From positions 9,933 through 73,932 of the forward strand of contig DASVFV010000116.1 of assembly GCA_036379875.1 (NCBI GenBank): a DNA stretch of 64,000 nucleotides, read 5' to 3'. The stretch is from Burkholderiales bacterium. GTDB lineage: Bacteria; Pseudomonadota; Gammaproteobacteria; Burkholderiales; SG8-39. The notes under the pieces are model-generated. The model did not search any database. It was given only the letters and a program-made list of their open reading frames with translations, and was not told the origin of the DNA. Shown piece by piece: positions 37,281 through 46,136 of the stretch; within the stretch, counting starts at the first letter, position 1, and every line of letters starts with the position of its first letter. The translations under genes were made by a program, and so were the position numbers.

Positions 37281-38018
37281 TTGCTCCTCGACGCGCCGAC
37301 CCTCGCCGGAGTCGCGCTGCTCGCCGTGCTGGCGGCGACGATCAGCGGCATGAGCGGCTTCGGCACCGGCGTGATCCTGACCGCGGCGCTGGTGCCGGTG
37401 ATCGGCGTGAAGAGCGTGATCCCGGTGATGGCGGTGGCCGGCATCGTGATCAACGCCGGGCGCTTCTGGTTCTACCGCACGCACCTCGACCGGCGCACCC
37501 TCACGCTGGTGCTCGCCACCTCGCTGCCGTTCCTCATGCTCGGCACCTGGATCTACAGCATCCTCGACGCGCGCGCTCTCGGCACGGTGCTCGGCTGCGT
37601 AGTGATCGCGTTCGTGCCTCTGAGAAGGGTTTTACAAAAAAAGAAAATAATCATCGGACGCGCGGGTCTTGGCGTCGGCTCCGGCATATTCGGCCTCGCC
37701 ACCGGCGTGGCCACCGGCACCGGCGTGATCCTGGTGTCGCTCCTGCTCGGCACCGGCATGGCCGGGCCGGCGGTGCTCGCCACCGATGCGATGGTGTCGA
37801 TCGTGCTGGATCTCGTGAAGGCGGCGCTGTTCCAGCGCTTCGACCTGCTCGACGCCGAGGCGTTTTTCACCGGCCTGGTGATCGGCTTCGCCAGCATCCC
37901 GGGCAGCGCGGCCGCGGCGTGGCTGGTGACGCGCATGGGCGCGCGGCTGCACGTGGTGTTCATGGAGGTGCTGATCCTGATCGGCGGCACGTCCATGCTG
38001 TGGCATTCGTGGAGATAG
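37281..38018 (+). CDS. TSUP (TauE/SafE) family membrane transporter
   Basis: 245 aa with a TTG start. The protein is an 8-TM-like duplicated membrane protein (ISGMSGFGTGVILTAALV...). Confidence 0.75.
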   Translation: MLLDAPTLAGVALLAVLAATISGMSGFGTGVILTAALVPVIGVKSVIPVMAVAGIVINAGRFWFYRTHLDRRTLTLVLATSLPFLMLGTWIYSILDARALGTVLGCVVIAFVPLRRVLQKKKIIIGRAGLGVGSGIFGLATGVATGTGVILVSLLLGTGMAGPAVLATDAMVSIVLDLVKAALFQRFDLLDAEAFFTGLVIGFASIPGSAAAAWLVTRMGARLHVVFMEVLILIGGTSMLWHSWR

Positions 38019-38033
38019 AGGGAAAATGAGCCG

Positions 38034-38873
38034 ATGAAGGCGCTCAGGGGCAAGGTGGCGGCGGTGACCGGCGCGGCGAGCGGCCTCGGCCGCTCGATGG
38101 CGCTCGCGTTCGCGGCCGAGGGCATGGACGTGGCGCTGGCCGACGTGGACGAGATGAACCTGTCCTCGGTGGAAAAAGAAGTGCAGGACCTCGGCGCGCG
38201 CGCGGTGACGTTCAAAGTCGACGTGTCGCAGGGCGAGCAAGTCGAGGCGTTCCGCGACCAGACGCTCGCGCGCCTCGGCGCGATCCACGTGGTGTGCAAC
38301 AACGCCGGCGTCTCGCCGCTCGGCGCGGTGTGGGAGAACACGCCCGCCGACTGGCAATGGATCCTGGGCGTGAACCTCTGGGGCGCGATCCACGGCGTGC
38401 GCGTCTTCACGCCCCACCTCATCGCGCAGAACGAGGGACACATCGTCAACACCGCTTCGGTGGCGGGACTGATCTCGCCGCCGGGCTCGGGCGCGTACAA
38501 CGTGACCAAGCATGCCGTGGTCGCGCTGTCCGAATCCCTGTACCACGACCTGCGCGAGCGCAACTCCTCGGTGGGCGTATCGGTGCTCTGTCCAGCCTAT
38601 GTGCCGACCCGCATCACCGAATCGGAAAGAAGTCGTCCCCAAGGTCTCCCGCGGGGGCAGAAATCGTCCGAGACGCTGGCGCGCGAGGCCATGCTCAAGA
38701 AAGCGGTGAGCTCGGGGAAGATTTCCGCCGACCAGGTGGCCCAGGCGGTCGTCGCGGCGATCAAGGACGAGCGCTTCTACATCCTCACGCACCCGCGGAT
38801 CAAGGGCGCGATCCAGGCGCGCATGGAGGACATCCTGCAGGACCGCGCGCCGCGCGATCCCTTGAAGCTCTAG
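38034..38873 (+). CDS. SDR family oxidoreductase
   Basis: 279 aa with motifs TGAASGLG, NNAG and YNVTK. Confidence 0.85.
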   Translation: MKALRGKVAAVTGAASGLGRSMALAFAAEGMDVALADVDEMNLSSVEKEVQDLGARAVTFKVDVSQGEQVEAFRDQTLARLGAIHVVCNNAGVSPLGAVWENTPADWQWILGVNLWGAIHGVRVFTPHLIAQNEGHIVNTASVAGLISPPGSGAYNVTKHAVVALSESLYHDLRERNSSVGVSVLCPAYVPTRITESERSRPQGLPRGQKSSETLAREAMLKKAVSSGKISADQVAQAVVAAIKDERFYILTHPRIKGAIQARMEDILQDRAPRDPLKL

Positions 38874-38900
38874 TGAATCTCTGAAAGCCGAAAGTCTGTC

Positions 38901-38970
38901 GTCCCCGCGAAGGCGGGGACCCCATTTGCTTTTTTGATTTTTTAAACGAGGCCCCCGCCTTCGCGGGGGC
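38901..38970. repeat. family-C composite element: two opposed GC hairpins around a T-rich core; first hairpin + T-run acts as terminator for the + strand gene
   Basis: GTCCCCGC-GAAG-GCGGGGAC (38901-38920) is followed by CCCATTTGCTTTTTTGATTTTTT, then GCCCCCGC-CTTC-GCGGGGGC (38951-38970). A near-identical composite lies at 50790-50853. Confidence 0.75.
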
Positions 38971-38987
38971 GACTGCTTTGGCGTTAT

Positions 38988-39611
38988 CTAGGCGAGGCCG
39001 GGAAACAGCACGCGCAGGCCGCCCGCCATGGTCTGGATGGCGATCGCGGCGAGCAGCAGGCCGAGCAGGCGCGTGGCGATGTTGAGGCCCGTGGTGCCGA
39101 GCCGGCCGGCGATGCGCTCCGCGAGGCCGAGCATGATCCAGAGCAGCGCGCAGACCAGCGCGATGCACAGCACGAGCAGCGCGATGTGCGCGACGCCGCC
39201 TTCCTGGGCGGCGATGATGGTGGTGCTGATGGCGCCGGGACCGGCGAGCAGCGGGACGGCGAGCGGCACCACGCCGGCGCGCGAATGGAGCTCCGCCGCC
39301 TCGGCGCTGGTCTGGCGGATCTCGCCGGCCTGCGCGTTCAGCATCGCGAGCGCCATGAGGAGCAGCACCAGGCCGCCGCCGACCTGGAACGCCGGCAGGC
39401 TCGCGCCCATGAAGACGAGCAGGCGCTCGCCGAAGAACGCCGCGCCCGCCAGGATGATGAGCACGGTGAGCGTGACCACCTGCGCAAGCTGGCGCTTGTC
39501 GCGCGGGCGCTCGCCCGCGGTCAGGCTGACGAAGATCGGCACCGCGATGAACGGATCGAGCACCGCGGTGAGCGTCACCACGAAGCGCAGGTATTCCTGC
39601 CAGGACGTCAC
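38988..39611 (-). CDS. MarC/UPF0056 family membrane protein
   Basis: 207 aa, 6-TM. The N-terminal VVTLTAVLDPFIAVPIFVSLT is typical of the MarC family. Confidence 0.8.
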   Translation of the reverse strand: MTSWQEYLRFVVTLTAVLDPFIAVPIFVSLTAGERPRDKRQLAQVVTLTVLIILAGAAFFGERLLVFMGASLPAFQVGGGLVLLLMALAMLNAQAGEIRQTSAEAAELHSRAGVVPLAVPLLAGPGAISTTIIAAQEGGVAHIALLVLCIALVCALLWIMLGLAERIAGRLGTTGLNIATRLLGLLLAAIAIQTMAGGLRVLFPGLA

Positions 39612-40258
39612 TGCTTCGCCAGGGCGGCCTGCGCGGCCTTGCGGTCCTCGTTGACCTTGGCGAACGCCGGGCGCTCGCCGAGCATCCGCAGATACGGCTT
39701 GAGCGGCGCGATGTCCTCGAGGAAGTCGCGCCCGTAGGCGAGCTTGGTGGCGAGCGAGACGAGCGGCAGGTGCACGAACGCGGCGCAGTCGGCCATCGTG
39801 AGCTCCTTGCCGGCGATGTACGGGTCGAACTTGACCAGCGCCTTCAGCGCGCGGATACCCTTGTTCAAGTCCTTTTCAACGGAGCGTTTCGCGTCCTCGG
39901 AAAGGTTGCCGGTCTTGAAGAACACCTGGCCGTACAGGCGGCGCGCCACCAGCTCGACATGCAGCTCGATCACCTTCACGAGCTCGCGCACCTTGGCGCG
40001 CTCGAACGGGTCCTTCGGCAGCAGCGGCTTCTGCGGGTACGCCTCCTCGAGGTACTCGCCGATCACCTCGGATTCGGCGAGGCGCCGCCCGCCGTCCAGC
40101 TCGACGAACGGCACCTTGCCCATCGGCGAGCGCGCGAGGAACTCGTCGGCCTGGGACGGCTTGCACGCGTCCTCCTCGAACGGCACGCCCTTCTCGAGCA
40201 GCGCGAGGCGGATCTTGTTGTAGTAGTTGCTGATGTGGAAACCGCAAAGTTTCAGCAT
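39608..40258 (-). CDS. glutathione S-transferase
   Basis: 216 aa with a GST N-terminal thioredoxin-like domain ([24 protein letters not shown]) and a helical C-terminal domain. Confidence 0.85.
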   Translation of the reverse strand: MLKLCGFHISNYYNKIRLALLEKGVPFEEDACKPSQADEFLARSPMGKVPFVELDGGRRLAESEVIGEYLEEAYPQKPLLPKDPFERAKVRELVKVIELHVELVARRLYGQVFFKTGNLSEDAKRSVEKDLNKGIRALKALVKFDPYIAGKELTMADCAAFVHLPLVSLATKLAYGRDFLEDIAPLKPYLRMLGERPAFAKVNEDRKAAQAALAKQ

Positions 40259-40264
40259 CGCTGC

Positions 40265-40272
40265 ATTATAGT
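40265..40272. promoter_or_regulatory. interlocked divergent -10 boxes in a 20-bp spacer
   Basis: On the minus strand, TATAAT (40270-40265) lies 6 nt before the GST ATG. On the plus strand, TATAGT (40267-40272) lies 6 nt before the kynA ATG. Neither gene has an SD. Confidence 0.45.
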
Positions 40273-40278
40273 CGGCGC

Positions 40279-41100
40279 ATGCCGAACGAAGAGTTCATCA
40301 CCGACCTCGCCGCCGACACCTCGTACGGCGGCTACCTCGGCCTCGAGCAGCTGCTCGCCGCGCAGCGCCCGCGCTCGTCGCACCACGACGAGATGCTGTT
40401 CATCATCCAGCACCAGGCGAGCGAGCTGTGGATGAAGCTCATGATCCACGAGCTCGGCGCGGCGATCGCGCACGTGCAGGCCGACCGCCTGGCGCCGTGC
40501 TTCAAGATCCTCGCGCGCGTGAAGCAGATCCAGCGCCAGCTCTTCGAGCAGTGGGCGGTGCTCGAGACCCTCACGCCCTCGGAATACGCCCAGTTTCGGG
40601 GCGTGCTCGGCCCAGCCTCGGGACTCCAGTCGCACCAGTTCCGCGCCATCGAGTTCATGCTCGGCAACAAGATCGCGAACCGGATCGAGGTGCATCGCCA
40701 CGACCCCCAGGTTGCGGGTTTTCTTGAAAAGCTGCTGAAATCGCCGAGCCTCTACGACGAGTTCCTGCGCTACCTCGCGCGCCGCGGCATGCCGATCCCG
40801 CCCGAGCGTGTGGAGCGCGACTGGTCGCAGCCCTACCCGAAGCACCCCGGCGTCACCGCGGTGTTCAAGACCATCTACGAGAATACGAAGTCGTACTGGG
40901 CGGAATACGACATGTGCGAGAAGCTGGTCGATGTGGAGGAGAATTTCCTGCTGTGGCGCTTCCGCCACGTGAAGACCGTGGAGCGCATCATCGGCTACAA
41001 GCGCGGCACCGGCGGCACGGCCGGCGTGTCGTTCCTGCGCAAGACGCTCGAGACCAGCCTGTTCCCCGAGCTGATCGACGTGAGGACCGAGCTTGGATGA
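40279..41100 (+). CDS. kynA: tryptophan 2,3-dioxygenase
   Basis: 273 aa. [17 protein letters not shown]...[19 protein letters not shown] and [14 protein letters not shown] are hallmark TDO blocks. Confidence 0.9.
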   Translation: MPNEEFITDLAADTSYGGYLGLEQLLAAQRPRSSHHDEMLFIIQHQASELWMKLMIHELGAAIAHVQADRLAPCFKILARVKQIQRQLFEQWAVLETLTPSEYAQFRGVLGPASGLQSHQFRAIEFMLGNKIANRIEVHRHDPQVAGFLEKLLKSPSLYDEFLRYLARRGMPIPPERVERDWSQPYPKHPGVTAVFKTIYENTKSYWAEYDMCEKLVDVEENFLLWRFRHVKTVERIIGYKRGTGGTAGVSFLRKTLETSLFPELIDVRTELG

Positions 41101-42199
41101 GGCCTGGCTAGCGCGCGAGGTGTTTCCGCGCTTCAGCCGCGTGCTGGCGCGCGAGGGCATCTACCTCGCCAACCATTCTCTCGGCCGGCCGCCCGACCGC
41201 GCCGCCGAGGACGTGCGCGCGGCGCTCGACGCGTGGTACCGCGACATGGACGGCGCCTGGGATGGATGGCTCAAGGCGCGGCAGCGCTTCCGCGCCCGCA
41301 CCGCCCAGCTGATCGGCGCGCCGCGGGGCGACTGCGTGGTGCCGAAGACGAGCGCCGGCCAGGGCTTGCGCGCGGTCCTGAACGCGCTGCCGGGCAAGCC
41401 GCGGGTGGTGACGAGCGACGGCGAATTCGACTCCATCGACTTCATCCTGCGCGTGTACCGCGAGCAGCGCCGCATCGAGCTGAAGATCGTGCCGTGGCGC
41501 GAGCTTTCGCCGAAAGGCGCGGACCTGCTCGTGCTTTCGACCGTGATGTTCCGCACCGGCGAGATCGTGAAGAACCTGGCAAGGCTGATCCACGAAGCGC
41601 ACGCCGCCGGCGCGCTGGTGCTGCTCGACGTGTATCACCACGCCGGGGTGCTGCCGCTCGACCTTGCGGCGCTCGAGGCCGACTTCGCGGTCGGCGGCTC
41701 GTACAAGTACACGCGCGGCGGGCCGGGCGCGTGCTGGCTCTACGTGCGCCCGGGCCTGGTCGAGACGCTGCGCACGCCCGATACCGGCTGGTTCGCGAAG
41801 AAGGACGTGTTCTCGTACCTGCGCCCCGAGCCGCCCGAGTTCGGCCCCGGCGGCGACGCCTGGCTGGAATCCACGCCGAGCGTTCTGGCGCCGGTGCAGG
41901 CGCTCGCCGGCCTCGACGTCACGCTCGAGCTCGGCGTGGAGCGCATCCGCGCGCACTCGCTCGAGCAGAAAAAATTCCTCGCCGATCTGCTGCCGCTTTC
42001 CGAAGGCGTCGGCGACGAGCACGGCGCATTCCTGACGCTCAAGCACCGCAACGCCGCCAGGCTGTCCGAGAAGCTGGCGAAGGCCGGCGTGAAGACCGAC
42101 GCGCGCGGCGAGTATTTGCGCATCTGCCCGGACTTCCTGAATACCTTCGACGAGCTCGATCGGGCAGCGCAGGAAATCCGCCGCGCGCTCGGCTCCTAG
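41093..42199 (+). CDS. kynU: kynureninase-family PLP-dependent enzyme
   Basis: 368 aa. The PLP-Lys region is [16 protein letters not shown], as in kynureninases. The gene overlaps kynA by 8 nt. It is shorter than the ~415 aa typical of kynureninases. Confidence 0.7.
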   Translation: MDEAWLAREVFPRFSRVLAREGIYLANHSLGRPPDRAAEDVRAALDAWYRDMDGAWDGWLKARQRFRARTAQLIGAPRGDCVVPKTSAGQGLRAVLNALPGKPRVVTSDGEFDSIDFILRVYREQRRIELKIVPWRELSPKGADLLVLSTVMFRTGEIVKNLARLIHEAHAAGALVLLDVYHHAGVLPLDLAALEADFAVGGSYKYTRGGPGACWLYVRPGLVETLRTPDTGWFAKKDVFSYLRPEPPEFGPGGDAWLESTPSVLAPVQALAGLDVTLELGVERIRAHSLEQKKFLADLLPLSEGVGDEHGAFLTLKHRNAARLSEKLAKAGVKTDARGEYLRICPDFLNTFDELDRAAQEIRRALGS

Positions 42200-43428
42200 A
42201 AGCGCTCGGCGCGGTACGGCGCGGGATCGACGAACGGCGCCTCGCCGCACGCGAGCTCCGCGACCAGGCGGCCGGTCACCGGCCCGAGCGTGAAGCCGTG
42301 GTGCGCGTGACCGAAGGCGAACCACAGGTTGTCGTGGCGCGGCGCGCGGCCGATGATCGGCATCATGTCGGGCGTGCACGGGCGCGCGCCCATCCAGGGA
42401 TCGGTGTCGAGGCGCTCGGCGAGCGGGAACAGCTCGCGCGCGATCGGCTCGGCGCGGTTGAGCTGCACCGGCGTCTTCATGCCGTCGCGCAGCGCGAACT
42501 CCGCGCCGGTGGTGAGGCGGATGCCGCGCCGCATCGGCGCGAGAAAGTAGCCGCGCTCGGTGTCGAGCATCGGGTGGTTGAGCGCGGCCGCGCCGGCCGC
42601 GCGGTAATGCATGTGGTAGCCGCGCTTCACGGCGAGGGGCAGGTCGTAGCCGAGCCGGCGCGTCACCACGTCGGCCCAGGGCCCGAGCGCCACGACCGCG
42701 TCGCGCGCCTCGACCGTTCCTTCGGCGGTGCGCACGCGCCAGCCGGGCTCGAGCGTGCCGGCGTTGCCCTGCACGAAGCGCCCGCCCAGCTTCTCGAACA
42801 GGCGCAGGTACGCGAGCGATACCGCCTGCGGGTCCACGGCCGCGATCGGGTCGGTCCAGTGCAGCGCGCCGACCAGCACCGGTGCGATGTGAGGCTCTTT
42901 CTCCTGTATTTCCTTCTGGTACAAGAAAGCCGACTGGATGCCGAACTCGCTCCTCCAGCGCTCCGCTTCGGCGAAGCGCAGGTCGCGCTCGCGCTCGGTG
43001 CGGAACACCTTCATCCAGCCGCTGCGACGGAATAGCTCGCCCGCGCCGGCTTCGCCGGCGAGCGCGTCGTGCTCGGTAATGCAATGCTCGATCAGCTTCG
43101 CGTAGGTATGCGCGATGGCGCGGTGCCGCGCCGGACGCGAGTGCGTCCAGTACTGCCACAGGAACGGCGCGATGCGGGGGATCGCCGACGGGTGATAGTG
43201 CGCGTCGATGGTGCGGTTGAAGCTGTAGCGCACCAGCGCGCCGAAGTCGTGCGGAAAGCCGTACGGGTACACGCCCTCGCGCTGCACCAGGCCGGCGTTG
43301 CCGAACGAGGTTTCCTCCGCCGCGCCGCGGCGGTCGACCAGCACCGTGGCGCGGCCGCGCTTCTGCAGGTGCAGGGCGACCGAGACGCCGACGATGCCGG
43401 CGCCGAGGACGATCACATCGCTTTTCAA
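42196..43428 (-). CDS. FAD-dependent oxidoreductase (DAO/DadA-like)
   Basis: A TTG start at 43428 overlaps the upstream stop (TTGA). The N-terminal motif is [22 protein letters not shown] and the C-terminal motif is [12 protein letters not shown]. Confidence 0.8.
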   Translation of the reverse strand: MKSDVIVLGAGIVGVSVALHLQKRGRATVLVDRRGAAEETSFGNAGLVQREGVYPYGFPHDFGALVRYSFNRTIDAHYHPSAIPRIAPFLWQYWTHSRPARHRAIAHTYAKLIEHCITEHDALAGEAGAGELFRRSGWMKVFRTERERDLRFAEAERWRSEFGIQSAFLYQKEIQEKEPHIAPVLVGALHWTDPIAAVDPQAVSLAYLRLFEKLGGRFVQGNAGTLEPGWRVRTAEGTVEARDAVVALGPWADVVTRRLGYDLPLAVKRGYHMHYRAAGAAALNHPMLDTERGYFLAPMRRGIRLTTGAEFALRDGMKTPVQLNRAEPIARELFPLAERLDTDPWMGARPCTPDMMPIIGRAPRHDNLWFAFGHAHHGFTLGPVTGRLVAELACGEAPFVDPAPYRAERF

Positions 43429-44663
43429 CGCGAGAGCGTTTTTTTCAGGGCTTCGGAAACGGTGGTTTGCTCGCCGAGCTCGAGCTTGGCGATCTGGTTG
43501 CGGTGCACTTCGTCCGGGCCGTCGGCGAAGCGCAGCGTGCGCGCGTGCGCGTAGGCCTCGGCGAGGCCGAAGTCGTCCGACACGCCGCCGCCGCCGTGCA
43601 CCTGCATCGCCCAGTCGATCACCTGGCAGGCCACGTTCGGCGCGAACACCTTGATCATGGCGATCTCCTTCTTCGCCACCTTGTTGCCGACCGTGTCCAT
43701 CTTCCACGCCGCGTTCAGCACCATGAAGCGCGCCGCGTCGATCATGATGCGCGACTGCGCGATGCGCTCGCGCGTCACGCCCTGCTCCGCCACGCTCCTG
43801 CCAAAGGCGATTCTTTGCGTGGCGCGGCGGCACATTTTTTCCAGCGCGCGCTCGGCCTGGCCGATCAGGCGCATGCAGTGGTGGATGCGCCCCGGCCCGA
43901 GGCGGCCCTGCGCGATCTCGAAGCCGCGCCCCTCGCCGAGCAGCACGTTCGAAGTGGGCACGCGCACGTCCTTCAGCTCGATCTCCATGTGGCCGTGCGG
44001 CGCGTCGTCGTAGCCGAATACCGGCAGGTGGCGCTTGATGCTCACGCCCTTGGTATCGGCCGGAACCAGGACCATCGACTGCTGGCTGTGCCGCGCGGCG
44101 TTGTCCGGGTCGGTCTTGCCCATCACGATGTAGATCTTGCAGCGCGAATCGCCCGCGCCGCTCGACCACCACTTCGTGCCGTTGATCACGTACTGGTCCT
44201 TGTCCCGGATCATCCGGGTCTGGATGTTGGTCGCGTCGGACGAGGCGACCGCGGGCTCGGTCATCAGGAAGGCGGAGCGGATCTTTCCCTCGAGAAGCGG
44301 CTCGCACCAGCGCTGGATCTGCTCGGGCGTGCCGTACTTGAGCAGCGTCTCCATGTTGCCGGTATCGGGCGCCGAGCAGTTGAACACCTCCGGCGCCCAG
44401 GTCACGCGCCCCATGATCTCGCAGAGCGGCGCGTACTCGAGGTTGGTGAGCGTGCCGCCGTGGCTCTTCGGCCGCCAGAGGTTCCACAGGCCCGCCTTTC
44501 GCGCCTCTTTCTTCAGCTCCTCGATCACCGGGACGGGCTGCCAGCGGTTCTCGCCGGTCACGTGCTTCTTCCACGCCCCTTCGTTGGGATAGACGTGCTC
44601 GGCCATGAAGGCCATGAGTCTCTGGCGCAGCTCCTGGACCTTGGGCGTGTAGTCGAAATTCAC
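43425..44663 (-). CDS. acyl-CoA dehydrogenase, ACAD10/ACAD11-type
   Basis: A GTG start at 44663 overlaps the upstream stop (GTGA). Characteristic blocks are [38 protein letters not shown] and [12 protein letters not shown]. Confidence 0.85.
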   Translation of the reverse strand: MNFDYTPKVQELRQRLMAFMAEHVYPNEGAWKKHVTGENRWQPVPVIEELKKEARKAGLWNLWRPKSHGGTLTNLEYAPLCEIMGRVTWAPEVFNCSAPDTGNMETLLKYGTPEQIQRWCEPLLEGKIRSAFLMTEPAVASSDATNIQTRMIRDKDQYVINGTKWWSSGAGDSRCKIYIVMGKTDPDNAARHSQQSMVLVPADTKGVSIKRHLPVFGYDDAPHGHMEIELKDVRVPTSNVLLGEGRGFEIAQGRLGPGRIHHCMRLIGQAERALEKMCRRATQRIAFGRSVAEQGVTRERIAQSRIMIDAARFMVLNAAWKMDTVGNKVAKKEIAMIKVFAPNVACQVIDWAMQVHGGGGVSDDFGLAEAYAHARTLRFADGPDEVHRNQIAKLELGEQTTVSEALKKTLSR

Positions 44664-45703
44664 GCGGCTCTCCTCAGTATTTTCTCGACCTGCTGCCAGC
44701 CCAGCTCGGCCATCGGCTTGGCGCGCATGCCCGCGTCGCGCGCGTGCGCGCTCGCCGCGGTGCCGTCGACCACGCGCTTCAGTATCCCCTGCAGGATCGC
44801 GGCGATGCGGAACAGGTTGTAGGCGATGTAGAAGTCCCAGTGCGACGGGTCGATCTTCCTTTGCCCGGTGCGCTGGCAATAGCGAGCCACGTATTCCGGC
44901 TCGCCCGGAATGCCCAGGGCAGCAAGATCGAGGCCGCCGATCCCTCTGAACTGCCCGGGCGGGATGTGCCAGCTCATGCAGTGATACGCGAAGTCGGCGA
45001 GCGGGTCGCCGAGCGTGGAGAGCTCCCAGTCGAGCACCGCGAGGATGCGCGGCTCGCTCGGGTGGAAGATCGTGTTGTCGAGCCGGTAATCGCCGTGCAC
45101 CACGGTGGTCGCGGCGCTCGGCGGGATGTTCTTCGGCAGCCACTCGATCAGGTTGTTCATCGCCTCGACGCGCTCGGTCTCCGAGGCCTGGTACTGCTTG
45201 GTCCAGCGCGCGATCTGGCGCTCGATGTAGTTCCCGGGTTTCCCGAAGCCCTCCAACCCCACTTCCCGGAAGTCGATGGTGTGCAGGAGCGCGATCACGC
45301 GGTTCAACTCATCGTAGATCTCGCCGCGCTGCGCCTTGGTCATGCCGGGCAGCGACTGGTCCCACAGCACGCGGCCCTCCACGAAATCCATGACGTAGAA
45401 GGCCGTGCCGATCACCGACTCGTCCTCGCAAAGCAGGTGCGGCCGCGGCACTGGAAACCCGGCGCCATGCAGCGCCTTGATGACGCGGTACTCGCGGTCC
45501 ACCGCGTGGGCCGAGGGCAGCAGCTTGCCCGGCGGCTTGCGCCGCAGCACGTACCTGCCGTTGATCTTGTAGGTGGGGTTGGACTGCCCGCCCTTGAACT
45601 GCTCCACCGAGGCGATGCGGGTACCGAGCAGCTTCTCGAGCGCGCCGGTCTCGAACCTGTGCCGTTCCTCGACGGGCTTGGTCCCGATAAACTGCTCGAA
45701 CAT
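44660..45703 (-). CDS. phosphotransferase family protein (APH-like kinase fold)
   Basis: 347 aa with the Brenner/catalytic region [13 protein letters not shown] and [15 protein letters not shown]. This is the same family as the kinase domain fused to ACAD10/11. Confidence 0.85.
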   Translation of the reverse strand: MFEQFIGTKPVEERHRFETGALEKLLGTRIASVEQFKGGQSNPTYKINGRYVLRRKPPGKLLPSAHAVDREYRVIKALHGAGFPVPRPHLLCEDESVIGTAFYVMDFVEGRVLWDQSLPGMTKAQRGEIYDELNRVIALLHTIDFREVGLEGFGKPGNYIERQIARWTKQYQASETERVEAMNNLIEWLPKNIPPSAATTVVHGDYRLDNTIFHPSEPRILAVLDWELSTLGDPLADFAYHCMSWHIPPGQFRGIGGLDLAALGIPGEPEYVARYCQRTGQRKIDPSHWDFYIAYNLFRIAAILQGILKRVVDGTAASAHARDAGMRAKPMAELGWQQVEKILRRAA

Positions 45704-46136
45704 GCCGACAAAAGCTTACCCCAAAAGGTTCAGGGTCTCGCACCTGAAAGGCGCCCGGTTCGAGCGCCGCGGGCTGCGCAGTTACTTCGAATACCGCGAC
45801 CTCGGCATCCGGGACGCGACGCGCGGCAAGGTGGTCGCGCACGTGATCCGCGCGCGGCCGGGCAAGGCGCCGCACGGCGAGTGGCACGCGCACGATTGCC
45901 AGGTGCAGTTCGTCTACGTGCTGAAGGGCTGGGTGCTGTTCGAGTACGAGGGCGTCGGGCGAGTACGGATGAAGGCCGGCAGCTGCTTCTACCAGCCGCC
46001 CAACATCCGCCACCGCGAGATCCGCCACTCCAAAGACGTGGAGATGCTCGAGATCGTCGGCCCGGCCACGTTCAAGACTTATTCTTTGGAGAAACCTGCA
46101 GCCAGAAGGTCACCGGCCCGTCGTTCACGAGGCTGA
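45702..46136 (+). CDS. cupin domain protein
   Basis: This is the in-frame tail of ORF 45573..46136, from the ATG at 45702 ([10 protein letters not shown]...). The motifs are GEWHAHDCQVQFVYVLKGW and MKAGSCFYQPPNIRH. It is a paralogue of 10390-10797. Confidence 0.7.
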   Translation: MPTKAYPKRFRVSHLKGARFERRGLRSYFEYRDLGIRDATRGKVVAHVIRARPGKAPHGEWHAHDCQVQFVYVLKGWVLFEYEGVGRVRMKAGSCFYQPPNIRHREIRHSKDVEMLEIVGPATFKTYSLEKPAARRSPARRSRG

